Origin: Syncephalis fuscata S228
Taxonomy: Eukaryota > Fungi > Zoopagomycota
Direction of reading: 5' to 3'
Assembly: GCA_025786725.1 (NCBI GenBank)
Contig: JAHLTZ010000027.1
Coordinates: 310,001 to 374,000 of the forward strand
DNA: 64,000 nucleotides
The notes beneath the pieces were generated by a model, which searched no databases, was not told the origin of the DNA, and saw only the letters and a list, made by a program, of their open reading frames with translations. Positions 13,982 through 26,675 of the stretch are shown here, piece after piece; positions within the stretch are counted from its first letter, which is position 1; each line of letters begins with the position of its first letter. Both the position numbers and the translations under genes were made by a program.

Positions 13982-14537
13982 TTAATAAAAATGTATTATA
14001 TTAAGACATAACATCAATAATGTTCTCCACATTACGAATGGCTTTAGCCTTTGCAAGTAGTCTAGGTGGCATATCAACAGCGGCACCGTCAGAATCGGAT
14101 AGAATGTTAATACCTTGGCGCCTAGCTTGGTCAATTCTTGAAGAATGGCTTTAGCTTCCTTGCTTTCCTTGGGCACGGTAAAGAACACCAAGTAGCGAGT
14201 ATGGCCAGGTGATAAAGGTGGACCAGGCACTAATTGATATAATTGGTTAATACATAATAAAATAATATGATTAATATTGTATCCTACTGAAACTATTAGT
14301 TGTCGTCATATCAATACTTTCTACTTCATTGTTACTGATAGATTGATGTTCAGATACCGACAATTCTGGAATCATTGATTGTACAGTGTTTGTAATAGGA
14401 ATATCAGCAGTGTTAAGAGTAGTTGGCTGAATAGCAATAGGTGCCATCATAGCATCGTTAGTAAGAGGTACCGGCATAGCTACTGCTGCAAGCCATGGTG
14501 TAAGTAGAAAGGTAGCAAATGTAATGAAAATGCGCAT
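13982..14537 (-). CDS. Small secreted hypothetical protein (two coding segments; C-terminal part vaguely like a peptidase-inhibitor I9 domain)
   Basis: Signal peptide MRIFITFATFLLTPWLAAVA, T/S-rich linker, then RYLVFF..ELTKLGAKVLTFY. Exon junction and 3' end are uncertain. Confidence 0.45.
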
Positions 14538-15088
14538 CGTTAATAGCATAAGTAGCTGCAGTGTAAACGTAAAAAGCCGATGAAACCTGTCAATATTCAT
14601 ATATTTTTGCTTTATATAACCTTATTAGCTATTAATAGTCATTTACAAAGCATTTGAAACAGTATAGGCGTGTATACCCACGTGCTTACCAAAGCGAGTA
14701 GATGTTACATGTGGATATTGTCGCCTGATAGCGTGAATAGATAATGTGTTTGTCAGGAGAATCCCGTATTTTTTCATTTAACAATAATAACAATTTTATT
14801 TGTAACTTGTTTCAAAAAAATTAACTAATTAATAAATATAAAAATAATAAATACGTAAAAGTGTAATCTAATAAGTAAACTATAAAATTAACTATTTTGA
14901 TATTAATAAAATGGCATTATGGATTAAATCAACATTATTAGCTACAATAAAAAAGCAAAAAGAACTGTATATCTGCGTCGCTATATTTAGCAATAATACT
15001 ATTTATTTCATTATTCATTTTTCACTAACAAAGTAAAAAACCAGTTTGCGCTAGTTTGCACGCCCTACTGGAACACGCCAAACTGCGC

Positions 15089-16671
15089 TTACTCGACTGT
15101 TTGTTTCCGTGCCACCATGAAATACCAAACAGGTACGCCAATAACCATTACACCAATACCTAGCAGCTCGGCAACGTAGTACGGTGTTGTACCGAAAACG
15201 TAGTGTTCCGTTTGGAAAATGAACGTGCCTAGGCAGAGAAAAAGGCCAATAGCCAAAAATACAATTGTTAAAGGAAGCCAGACACGGAATGGTCGTTTCT
15301 TGTCTGGCTCCGTCCAACGTAGCATAATAAGACCGACGGCGACCAAACTGAAAAATGTCCAGATCTGAAAGGCGGTCATGCTGCTTAGTAGAATATAGGT
15401 GTCGCCTGGTGGTGGCGCAAAGAGCATAATAAGAATAAAGATGGCATTGAGAGCAATAACCCGAACGGGAGCTCCGGTACGCGGTGACACGACACGGAAA
15501 AACTCGGACGCTGGCAAATAACCTTGACGAGCCGCGGCGTATGCAATGCAGTTGGTTGCATAAAATCCAACAGACACTGCACCATACGTGGTCATAGCAA
15601 TAAGAATTGACAGGCCAACTTGTCCAAAAGAGCGGCCAAATAACATGGCGCTAAATTGGCTGCCGACGAGCTGCCGACTGCGAAAGATAATGTCTGACGG
15701 CATAACTGTAATATATTCGATATTGACCAGCAAGATCAATATATTGTTTAGCGTAATTGCCGTGCCCATACCAATAGGCAGGGTACGTTCTGGCTGACGT
15801 ACTTCTTCGATCGAATAGCTCACCATACGCCAACCAGTAATTGACCAGTTGACCATAAGGAAGCCTAGGACGTAATCACCTGGATTTGTTGAGCTGCCTG
15901 CAAACAGATTGCTCCAATTCTGCGGATTAGGCAGATCAACACCCTTGGCAATCATAGCAAACCAGCAAAAATAAAGATAAGCAACGAGATTAATTTAATA
16001 ATGGCCATGCCACTATGTACAGTTGCTACCCAGCGTGCGCCCATTAAATTCAATAGCACCATACTGCCGAGGAGGCCGGCACCAATGCCACGTACAGTCC
16101 AGGCATTCGACTCGCCGATAACGTCCTCGATTGGATTGCCTTGATGGGCAGTAGCTGCAGCCAATACATATTGGCCCATACTTATAAGGCCGGCGGCCGT
16201 AATTGCCGGCTGTGTAAATCTAAATGTAGCATAATAAATAAATACTTAGTATGCTATATTTCGTGTTACATTATTTTGTTAAACTTACACAATGCCACAC
16301 CATGTGTAAAGGTAGGAAAGTAATTGGCGTGGTCGCCTATAGCAGTAGTTTAGATAAACCATTTCACCACCGTTCTTGGGCAGCATGTTGCCAAGTTCGG
16401 TGTAGGAAAAAGCGCCACAATAGCAGCCTAGACCTCCGAGAATCCATAGAACAAGACTCATTCCAGGAGAGCGGACGTAGTTCCAAACGACACCGGGCAT
16501 CGTGATAATTTCACCACTAACGAGGCCATTAAAGAAAATTGGGATGCCGGTGGCTAAACCAATTGACGACTTGTGCTTGTTCGGTTCATCATTTTGGAAA
16601 CAAGTAACTTCAGTATCAGGCGTCGGTGGTATTACTATCTTGTTATCGGTTAAATCGTAATCTGTGTTCAT
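15089..16671 (-). CDS. APC-superfamily amino-acid permease (LAT/Mup1-like)
   Basis: LWILGG...YTELGNMLPKNGGEMVYL, EEVRQPERTLP, AARQGYLP, RPFRVW and many TM helices. One intron and a homopolymer frameshift at about 15958. Confidence 0.85.
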
Positions 16672-17318
16672 TTCAGGCAGTGGCTATTGTTGTTCAAGAC
16701 GGTACGAGTACTGCGCGCGGAAGAAAGTAAGAAGCAGAAGTGTTTGGCAGTGAATGATAATGATTATGCAAATTAAGTCGTCAAAAATGGCTCTATTTAT
16801 TCATATCCTGGGTCAATTATTTACCGTGGCTAATGCAACTATGGCATGTGAGTCAATCTAGAATGTGCATTGCCTTCTATGGCCTATACGCACATATTTC
16901 AATTAGTATTGTTGTTATTTTTTAAAAAAACAATTTTATTTTTAATTAGCTGAAATATCAAAAGTGGTTTAGTGTGTGTAACATCCACAAGTTTTGTGAC
17001 TGCGCTACTGATTTGAGCATCAAATAGCCAATCAATTGTTTAATTGATTGCGTATCACGAGATGCCAGTTTTTTGAGGTCGTTACATCTAAAAAATGAGC
17101 GCAATTGTCGTTGTTGGCATTTACAACCATGAGCATGGCCAAGATTAGTAGTTATTGTCGTACGTGTAAGCTGTCGTGTATTCTTTTGGATATTTCTCAG
17201 TATACCTTACTACCAAATGCCTATGCATTGCATTGCATATGTATGACTGAAAAGAGTGCAGTTAATTTTAGCAATTAGCAAGATGTGTGATTAGTAGATG
17301 GATTATCTTTGATATGCA

Positions 17319-17400
17319 TACGCACACACACACACATACACACACATACTCATACACACACACACAAGTCTATATATACACACACACATATATATATATC
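17319..17400. repeat. (CA)n/(TA)n microsatellite
   Basis: Direct inspection. Confidence 0.9.
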
Positions 17401-17480
17401 AATAAACAAATATTAATAAAACAATAATAACTCATACAAAGATTTATTTGTATAGTATTGTGGGCTTTTGATTCTTGATT

Positions 17481-18413
17481 TTACCTGTACACAAGTTTCA
17501 TCCCTTCGACTCGAATGTTAGCCCAACAAGTCGAACGATCCTTGAAAACCCCATCTTGAATGAATAGATCACGGTCGGTAAATCCAAGTGTAATGTGTGG
17601 CCAGTAAGTTGCAGCGTTAAAGTCCTTTGACTTGCCACCACGTGCATGAAACAGCTGTCCAATTTCTTCGCGAATGGCCATCAAATGAGATGACTCAACA
17701 ACCAAAAAATAGACCTCCATATACGGGTCAATAGGCGGTGAGGATGCCATTTTGGCTGTCGGCGTAACCAATGTGGCTGTCGGTGCATCTTGAAGCAACA
17801 CATCTATTGGCAGTGTTTTCATTTGTTCCACTGCTTGTTCGGCGTGAATGGTCGCCATGTCAATGCCAATGTTGTCGCTGTTGCTGTTACCCCTTTCATC
17901 TTTCCTATTGTCGGTTTCACTTTTGTAATCAAATCCCACGCCTGTATTGCCGTTGTCGCCATCGCTGCTGCTGCTGCTGTGCGAAGTGGCATTGGGTCGT
18001 AATACTCTTGCTCGGCCGACACACAGAATCCGGAAATGGTTCTGTTGGATATTGCGACGCAATGCAATTGCGTTCACTTCATCCATTGTTATGCCGACCT
18101 TCTGCAGTGCATCATCAAATTCTGGTGGTGTTATTACTGTGATGTGTGCCTCGCCTCGAGACTTTAGTGATCTAGGCACTTGTTGGCGAAGTTCTTCGAA
18201 ACTTGCTTGCAGACTTGTATAGTTGAGCGTTTGTTCGAGATAGCTTGTCATTGGCTCCGTGCCGTTATGGGGCGTAAATGGCACACGAGACGAATTGTAG
18301 ACCATTGGGTCAATGTGGAGCAAGTGCCTAGTTGTGGTTAAATCATTTTTGACCGAAATTGCCGTTGCAGCCACAATAAGCTGTGCTATTACAAGATAAA
18401 AAAGATACATCAC
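17481..18413 (-). CDS. Secreted 2H-phosphoesterase superfamily protein
   Basis: N-terminal signal peptide; two HxT motifs (AHITVITPPEF and PHITLGF) separated by a low-complexity insert; intronless. Confidence 0.8.
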   Translation of the reverse strand: MMYLFYLVIAQLIVAATAISVKNDLTTTRHLLHIDPMVYNSSRVPFTPHNGTEPMTSYLEQTLNYTSLQASFEELRQQVPRSLKSRGEAHITVITPPEFDDALQKVGITMDEVNAIALRRNIQQNHFRILCVGRARVLRPNATSHSSSSSDGDNGNTGVGFDYKSETDNRKDERGNSNSDNIGIDMATIHAEQAVEQMKTLPIDVLLQDAPTATLVTPTAKMASSPPIDPYMEVYFLVVESSHLMAIREEIGQLFHARGGKSKDFNAATYWPHITLGFTDRDLFIQDGVFKDRSTCWANIRVEGMKLVYR

Positions 18414-19127
18414 GCTATAGCAAATTTAGACAGCGCTTATTCAGCACGACGTACAAACAAACTAGAGTTAACTTAAAAAAAACAGTAAAAGAGCAAATGA
18501 AATAACGACAGCAGTAGAGTGTGGTGGTAATGATAAAGCTTCAATGTCGCCTTTTTTTGGCTTTAAAACATCCATTTTATTGCACACATGCCTACTTGTA
18601 CAAATCAATGCTGGCCCATTCTATAAAAAGCCATCTAATTTACCGAATCGCTCAGTGATTGGCGCCAAATAGGCAACCACGTTCAATTGACGCAAACGTT
18701 TTAATATTTGCATTGAAGGGATAATTTTCTGTTTTAAATCCAATGGCTTTCATTATTATGTTTTAACTTAATATAATGATTCCAGAGTATGTTTTTAGTA
18801 ATTATTACATTGTAATTATACACTGTACTACATTTTATGTTTACGTACAATGTGTAATATTATTTAATCAAACAAGCGAAGTGCAGTTTAGTGATTTACG
18901 TTTATAGTTCCAATTTGTTGACATAATAAATTTAGTAAATCCATTGGGTTCTTGGACAATTTTTAATATTATTTAGTATTACGTGGATTCGATCATATCA
19001 TAAATAGTTAGAGCTCTATAATGTGATTATGGATTATACTAGATACAAAAGAAAAGATGGCATCTTAAACAGCTGTTAACTATTTTTATAATATGTGTTC
19101 AAATGGTTATTTTTAATAACATTTACT

Positions 19128-19196
19128 TTATTAAACATGATGATGGGTGGTGAGTGACATCAATCATCAAATGCTTATCATTGTAGATTCATTATC
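19128..19196. repeat. About 65-bp diverged dispersed repeat, copy 2
   Basis: Matches 8037-8105. Confidence 0.7.
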
Positions 19197-19761
19197 CAGT
19201 ATACATATATACTCTATTCATCTATATTATTCCCAACATGTCCCACACTACCATATATCATTCTACGATATACTAGACACACTCTATTGTTTATATGTTT
19301 TAATAAACCTTATTAAGTCTACTCATTGCATCATATGCACTGTAACTTCAACATCGTTTTATATCCCTTCATACAGTACATTTATCATTCTATATATCAT
19401 TCTATACTCGTCTAGCCTTCTTCTATCCAAAATTGTTTTTACTCTTGTTCTAGCTTTATTATTAATAAATGTCGACTAATGTCAGTCGTTGATCATGCAT
19501 ATATGCTCATTAGCTCCAACATTGCTAATCGTCACTTCGATTTGTAAATTCATTATACTTTTTATTATTTAAAACTTATAGCAAATAAAACGTATCCAAT
19601 ATTACATAATGATATAGAATAGTATAACTGAAATAGGAATGATATAGCTAGAGAAGTAATGTTTGTTTTGTTTAGCCTCTACCTTACATAAATATTAGAA
19701 CCAAATAATAATTTTTTTGCTTATTCTTTTTTTCAACAATTTCTTCAAACCATAATAAGCT

Positions 19762-20267
19762 ATGGGACGCTCAGCCAAGTTTCGTAAGCGCTTTTCACGA
19801 AAGGAAAAGGAATTACGTGTGTTGGAGAATGAATGCACAACAAATATAAGTAACAAACACTATGATGGCGATTCAACTGGCACTGATGCCGTTAAAGCGC
19901 CAACTAAGCAACTAATTACGAATTCGACAACTAGTACTGATGGCGATGTATTAATGGATAGTCCCTTCGGTCGGGATATAACGACAACAACTAGCAAACA
20001 AATGAAAGCTGATTTAAAAGACACAGCTAAAAGCACATCTAGTAAAAGTATTTTCAAATTTGGAAATAAGACTAAAGCATCAATAAGCAGTGGCCGAGTA
20101 GAGAAACAAAGTGGTAAAAAAGGTAGGCAACATTATATAAATACAATTAACACAATAATAATAATACGCTAGGTGGTGTAGCTACACAATCAGTAAAACG
20201 AATAGATAAAAAGGTTGCAAATGCATTACGTAAAGATTATGTAGAATTGCTCTACGGTAAAAAATAA
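19762..20267 (+). CDS. Small basic (Lys-rich) hypothetical protein, 2 exons
   Basis: MGRSAKFRKR N-terminus; GT-AG intron about 20123-20172; ends KDYVELLYGKK*. Confidence 0.6.
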
Positions 20268-20311
20268 ACATTTAATTGCTTTGACGCTTTGCATACTAAT
20301 GTCTAAACATT

Positions 20312-23300
20312 CTACGCCAAATAATTGAGCTGGTCTTTAACTTCAGCATGACGCTCCAAATATTCCTTTTCAATAAGCATGTCGATACACTTCTTGATTG
20401 ATGGAATATTTGGCTTGAATCGTGATTTAAGCTGCTCAATGACTTCGGTAATCAAATCCAAGTGCTTTAGCGTTTTACGCGCCTTCATAATACGAACAAT
20501 AGCTGCCTAAATAGTGGTGTGGCGATAGAGTTAATATTGTATAGATTGATAGATTAACACCATCAAACTAAATCTTACCTGAATAAGCATCTTTCGATCC
20601 TCTTCAATGGTTTTTTGTGTATCTACGTTCTCTTTTTCCACTTCGGCCTTAATAGGCACGTTAAGATTGACACGTACTTTTTTGCTTTATTATCGTTAGT
20701 TATGGTGCTATAAGCATATGCCGGTGTGTAAACATTAATACTCACCTCTTATAATCCTGGTTCAACTCGTAAACTGCTTCTTCATCTGCTGGTTCACCGC
20801 TGGCAAGCTTCAATACACGTGCTTTACACAAAACACCCAGCAAACCAACGACAAACTCCTTTGTAAGCTGAGTATTGTCCATCAATTCTTGAACAGTGTA
20901 GGATGTCTTATGGTTGTACTGTAGCAAAATGCCCATTTGATACGTAGACACCTGGAAGGTGTAGCCAGAACGAGATGCCTTCAAATAGGTAGTGCGTACT
21001 TCAGCTCGCGAATGCTGGAACAGCCAGGTCAATTTACGGCCTTGGTATTTACTATCATAAAAGTCTTGGAAACGTTTAAAGATAGATTCAAGCTATAAAA
21101 AGGCAATTAATATGTATTCTAGTGTATCATTCAATAGCCAATTACCTCAGGTGGCACGGTAAATGATGTGGCCGGTGGATTAAGTGGCCAAGCAGAAGTA
21201 CCCAAAACAGATACCGAAAAGTCGACTAATATCAAATATGAGTACTAGCTATGTTTTAACTTCAATACTAACCAGATAATTCACTAGCATCGCGTGTTTG
21301 CAATAAACGATCCTTGAATGTTTCATTCAAATCCTTACTAAGATTGATATCGGTAAACATACGCTGTAATTTTGAAGTAAAGTCAAAGCCGCATGCTTCA
21401 CGTAACTTGGCAATCATACTTGCTTCCGCATCATCGGAAGCAGAAGTTTGATTGATCAAACGACGAGAAAGAGCCCGAGAATAGAACTTTTGGAAAACGT
21501 CCTTATCTTCAACGTATTTGAAAATGGTCATCTAAATTGTATGGTTAATTATCGTTATATATAATGATAGTAATTCACTCACGACGTTGGTTAATAAAGC
21601 CTCGAGTTCTCCTTCTTCTGGGTTCTTTGCACTCTTTTTCAACAGAGTATCGCAATATTTGGCCAGCAATTCTGGTGACTTGCTTGTGCCAGTGTTGCAC
21701 ACTTTGTTACGATTGATAAATTCACCGCACGCCTTATCCAATGATGCCATAAAGCCAGCATCATTAGGAAATGCATTCTGTACTAAAGAATAGTACTTTT
21801 GGTGAACAGTTAATAATCCTGTTACGTAGACACTTGGTTCCTATTAATCATTTAATTAATCACATTACAACGTTATAATACATTCATTAATAACACACAC
21901 CACGGCATCCTTATTCTCTTCAGCAATCTTATCTAACGTTGACTGGCCGATCTTGCGCACATGTGCACCAAACTTTTCACGTAACGGTGTCAAACCGTTA
22001 TCAACACGTGATAACAACGAAAAAGTACGAGCCAAATCTATATACAAGTGTTTTATTATCATTGTAGTCATGTATTTATAGCACCATATGCTTTATGCAC
22101 TTACCTTCTTCGCGATCAGCATCCAAAAGTGGTTGGAATTCTTCACGTATCTGATTCATGTGATTCTTTACTAGAACCTCTTCGCATACATTCATAAGCT
22201 ATTAAAATACGCACACATAGATATATGCATATATGCATATTGAGCGACTATTCATTTGAATCTAATCAATGCTAATTACCGGTACACGTGTATCCTGATG
22301 TAAATACTTCTTAACTCGTTCCTCCTCTTCTTTCAAACGATTCTCGGCCTATTTGGCATTATAGCCGTTGGTAAATGAGCTAATTATCATTTGCTGTGTG
22401 AAATTACCTGTTTCATGTATTCCGTAACGGGATTTTCCGAGATAAATCGATCACTTTCATTGTGATAATATTGCTTTGTAGTTTCGACGAATGGCTGCTC
22501 GAAATGCGTCATATATAATTTTAGATCTGTCTGCGTTGGATCTGCTTCTTCCAAGCCCAGAGCAACTAATAGTAGATAGTTTAATAAACAGTCGCTAGAT
22601 ACTAGCTATAATCAAGCTTACCAAATGACTCCTTAACAATATTAATTAGTTTTGTCTCTATCGTTTCTCCGTTACGCTCTCGTTCAATCAGCGCAAGCAC
22701 TGCATCCATTACAGCACGATGGACGTGCACAAACAAATGATTGCGCCACATGACCAGTGATAGCTGTACAGCGACGATAATAATTAATATTGTTGATAAA
22801 TGTTATAATTAGTATAAAATAGCTTTAGAGTGTAGATCTATACTTACAATATGCACACCGTATACAGCACGACGTCCTTCATCCATTTCGCGTCGTACCC
22901 AATGACGATTTAGATAGCGAAACAAGTGATTCATATATTCCGATGCGGTAGTATATCTTTGCCATTGGGCAGTATAATAACGTAGGAGAGCCACATCGGT
23001 AAGTGCTTCTGACTGACGTCGTAGAGCCGAAAGATGGCTTTCGAAGTATCCAGTCAGTTTCTTATATAGGCCAGCACCAACCAGTTGTGCGCCGTTATTA
23101 CCGGACATGCCGGTCATGACACCACCGCCACTACTGCTGGGCGAGGTACAATGGTTATAGATGGTGCTATACAAGCAAGTAGCAGCAACAACAAATTAGG
23201 TACAGCCAGAAGTAAAAGGCCATTATAAGCAAGATTATCGTGCATATACTTACGTGTAGATCTCCATGTATCGTGTGTAGCTAAGGCCCTCTTGTAGCGA

Positions 23301-23384
23301 CATCACCTGGTTAAGGCCATGCTCTACAAACTCCCAGGTACTACTCAGATCCGTCCGTGCTGGCGTACCGCTAAACTGCGACAT
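20312..23384 (-). CDS. CUL1: Cullin-1 (SCF scaffold), multi-exon
   Basis: [44 protein letters not shown], neddylation motif [11 protein letters not shown], and [12 protein letters not shown]. Confidence 0.95.
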
Positions 23385-24143
23385 GGTGACTGAAGTAAAG
23401 ATGACGAAAACTGCTTGATAATGAAGGAAGAAGATGGAGCAGCCGATTCGGCACTAGTACAAGATATTGTCTTTTTAATAAACTGAAATGTTAATCGAAA
23501 CGAAAGGAGGAATGCGCTAAGATGATATCAAGTAGTAAGAGGGAATAACGCTGTTTAAAGCAACGTCAGCATGAGTACAGGAAAGGGGAGCGCAAAGGTG
23601 ATTTATTTGTGCATATTTTTGGAATTGGCTCTGGAGTGCCGACTGTGGCGATGTAATATGACTGTACTGCTATTTTATTAGTTATATGATATAAAAGTCG
23701 TTTTTATCAAATTATAAATAGATTAAAGTGTTGAAAGCAATTGTTGTGTCAATTACTGTTATGTTTGATATGATCATGTTAAAGCCATGATCCATGTGGA
23801 TTGTGCATTTGATTGGTATTATGTCATGTTATTTATGTATTATTTATACAGAAAATGGCGTTATAGGCTATTTATATATGCAATAAAGTTATATTACGTT
23901 ATAGTGTATAATAGCAATATGGATTGATATAGCTATCTATTTGAACAGCATATTACTATCAATCTTGTTAATGCGTGCTAATAATATTAGCAATAATGTA
24001 ACGAATAGCACTCGTTATAATAAAGCTTGAATCAATATCAAAAGTACAGAAGCAAGTGAATAATAAATGGCATGCCAATAGTTTATTGAGGTGTATAGTT
24101 AGCCTGTATAACAATCAATTACATAGTAACCTTCTAAAATTGA

Positions 24144-24901
24144 CTAAGGTAGCGAATCTTTGGTTTTAACAGAATTGGAGTTGAATAGTTCATTCTTAAT
24201 AGATGCTATTACATTGGAGGAAGCTTTATGAAAAGCATCACCATAAGCATCTGTTAATAACTCATTCCATTCTTTCTCCGTTTCTCCATCTTCTTCTGCT
24301 TCTGCTTCTGCGTCTGCATCTACTGTTTCTTCCTCTTTGTTATTTGTAGTCTCTGTATGACGATTAGATTCAGCTACGTTGGTTGTCTCTGGTGTTAAAG
24401 AAGCTGAATTAACTATTGATGGCTGTGCAGCAGGATTTGCAATAATAATTGTTGCGCGATCCTCTACCTCTAGTCGACTGCGACCACCATGACCATCTGG
24501 AAATGAAGCGTTACCAACTGCTCTTACTGTAAATGGTCCAGCTGGCAAGTCTTGTGGCAACATCCAAGTAGTCTGTTGTTGCCAGGGACCCGCATCCGCT
24601 TGAGGTATGGCCTGATTACGCGTTGATGAAAGAATTTCACTAATAAACTGGCCCGTTGAAATGTCTTGCAAAACTAAGCGGACACTTTCCAGCATAGACA
24701 TTCCTTGAAGACGCACTCTAAATCCCACCGATAGCAGCTCGCCAGCGCGTGCTACCGTTCCATTAGCTGGTGCAGTCAATAGAACAACATCTATATTCGC
24801 GATTAGTTTAAAATAAATTATTGCCATATAACATTACCTGACACGGCTACACCAGCAAATGTGGCGAGTAATAAATTAGTTAAATAAAAGCCTACTTTCA
24901 T
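24144..24901 (-). CDS. Secreted hypothetical protein (beta-sandwich-like N-domain, acidic tail)
   Basis: Signal-peptide exon MKVGFYLTNLLLATFAGVAVS, short intron, then a long exon. Confidence 0.6.
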
Positions 24902-25986
24902 ACTGAGTAGTGGTAAATTAATAATAAAATGATTACTCGGCAGTCAATTAAAGTGTTAACATTCAAGTATTACAAACTTGCAAATCTACCGGTTGAGTTA
25001 CAATAAGTTATTTTTATAGCTACCAGTCGAGTATCCGTTTATTCATTCGTCCTGGGATCGAGGGTAGTTGACGTCACCAACGTGAACACACAACTGTAGT
25101 AGAATTGATCGTTTAATAGCTATTGTTGTTGTTTTTGCTTTTGCTGCCATTTTCAGGAGTAGTGTTAATAGTTTGTACCAATCCTTAAACAGCACATTAC
25201 TATGGCCGATGATTAAAGATATACCATGGCAACAGACATGGATCCAAGACTGGGTAACCAGCCTTGCTTATGAACAATGCCACGCATCAACATATTTAAT
25301 AAAATAACAAGCTTCGATGACTATTGATTACGTCTTCAATTTTAAACTGCGGCAATTTTCATCACTCAAATACTCATTGCAGAATACGCGTGACAGTGAC
25401 TGTTTGAGTGTCATTTGCATTTAAATTTTGGCGTGACTAGCAAGCGTGTAACCAGACAGTGTACGACCACGTTGCCATTGTTTTGTATCGGCATATACAA
25501 AACGCATGCTTATTAATGTTGAATTGTCGGATTTACTGGCGCTATTGCTCCGCTCTGGCTGTTTAGAGTTTATACATGAACAATGGCGACCTTGAACATG
25601 CGTCAAATATTATCCATTACCGTGGATCTTATGGCAATAAACCCGATAATTACAAAAATCACACGTTTCAATGGAACAAGAATAGCAACAGGAATAGATG
25701 ACACTGTGCACAGCAATGCGCGTTGATGTACCAAAATAACGCATATGCAGTAAAGGCCGAAGGAAGTTGCTCTGTACCGATGCCGTGCATCAGTTAATAG
25801 AACGAGGCAATAAGAGTTGTCACATTCTTTCATCTTATTTAGCCTGCAACTATTGGCGATGGAAGTATCCATAGTAAAATGGTTAGAAATACCAAGGCTC
25901 GGTCTACTGCTTTGTACTACGTCAATGTGCACGCGTGTGTACACCCGTATGCTTTCAACGCCATTCGGTGCGATTTGTATAGAATG

Positions 25987-25988
<2 letters not shown>

Positions 25989-26022
<34 letters not shown>
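25989..26022. repeat. (GT)n microsatellite
   Basis: Direct inspection. Confidence 0.95.
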
Positions 26023-26027
<5 letters not shown>

Positions 26028-26555
26028 TGCGTGTGTACGTGCGTACATTCGTATGCGTAGGTGGCCATATGTTGATTGCAGATAGATACACATCAATGTT
26101 GTCCCACCCACAAGTACATCAATACGAAAGAGGCAATGCCAAATGTACACGTCACGGCTAGATTTGCCCCAGAGAATGATTTTAGTAATTATAACTTCAT
26201 AAATCCACCCAGCCCTATCTGTACCCACATCGTGATAAAAGCGGCTATATATAATTGTGTGGACAGACCCATAAATGTAATGGTATAGGACATAGTATTA
26301 AAAATAGCCGCTAAAACCTTTGAATATCGATTATTACGATAACAAGGATGATCATTACCACTATTACTGTGGATACGCACACACCATAGCGTTATCTTTT
26401 TCCCTATTGGACCGGGGAGTTTCTACCACTTCCATTCTTGTCAAGCGGCAATGTTACAAGTCTACGCCGCCGCCTTATGCTGTATCCCTTTGCCACCCGT
26501 TTGACACTACACATGTGGTCGACAATAGCTTTCTATCGCTGCACACATGAACGGG

Positions 26556-26675
26556 TGGATGGACGAATGAATGAATGAGTGAATGAGTGAGTGAATGAAT
26601 GAGCGTATTCATTGGAAATACCACACACTTACACACTTACACACATACACACATACACACATACACACATACACA
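26556..26675. repeat. (GAAT/GAGT)n followed by (CACATA)n simple repeats
   Basis: Direct inspection. Confidence 0.85.

Noticed and set aside
25421-26550. Several overlapping ORFs with THTHTH/VCVCVC runs
   Set aside because: They are translations of a (GT)n microsatellite with no protein-like features.
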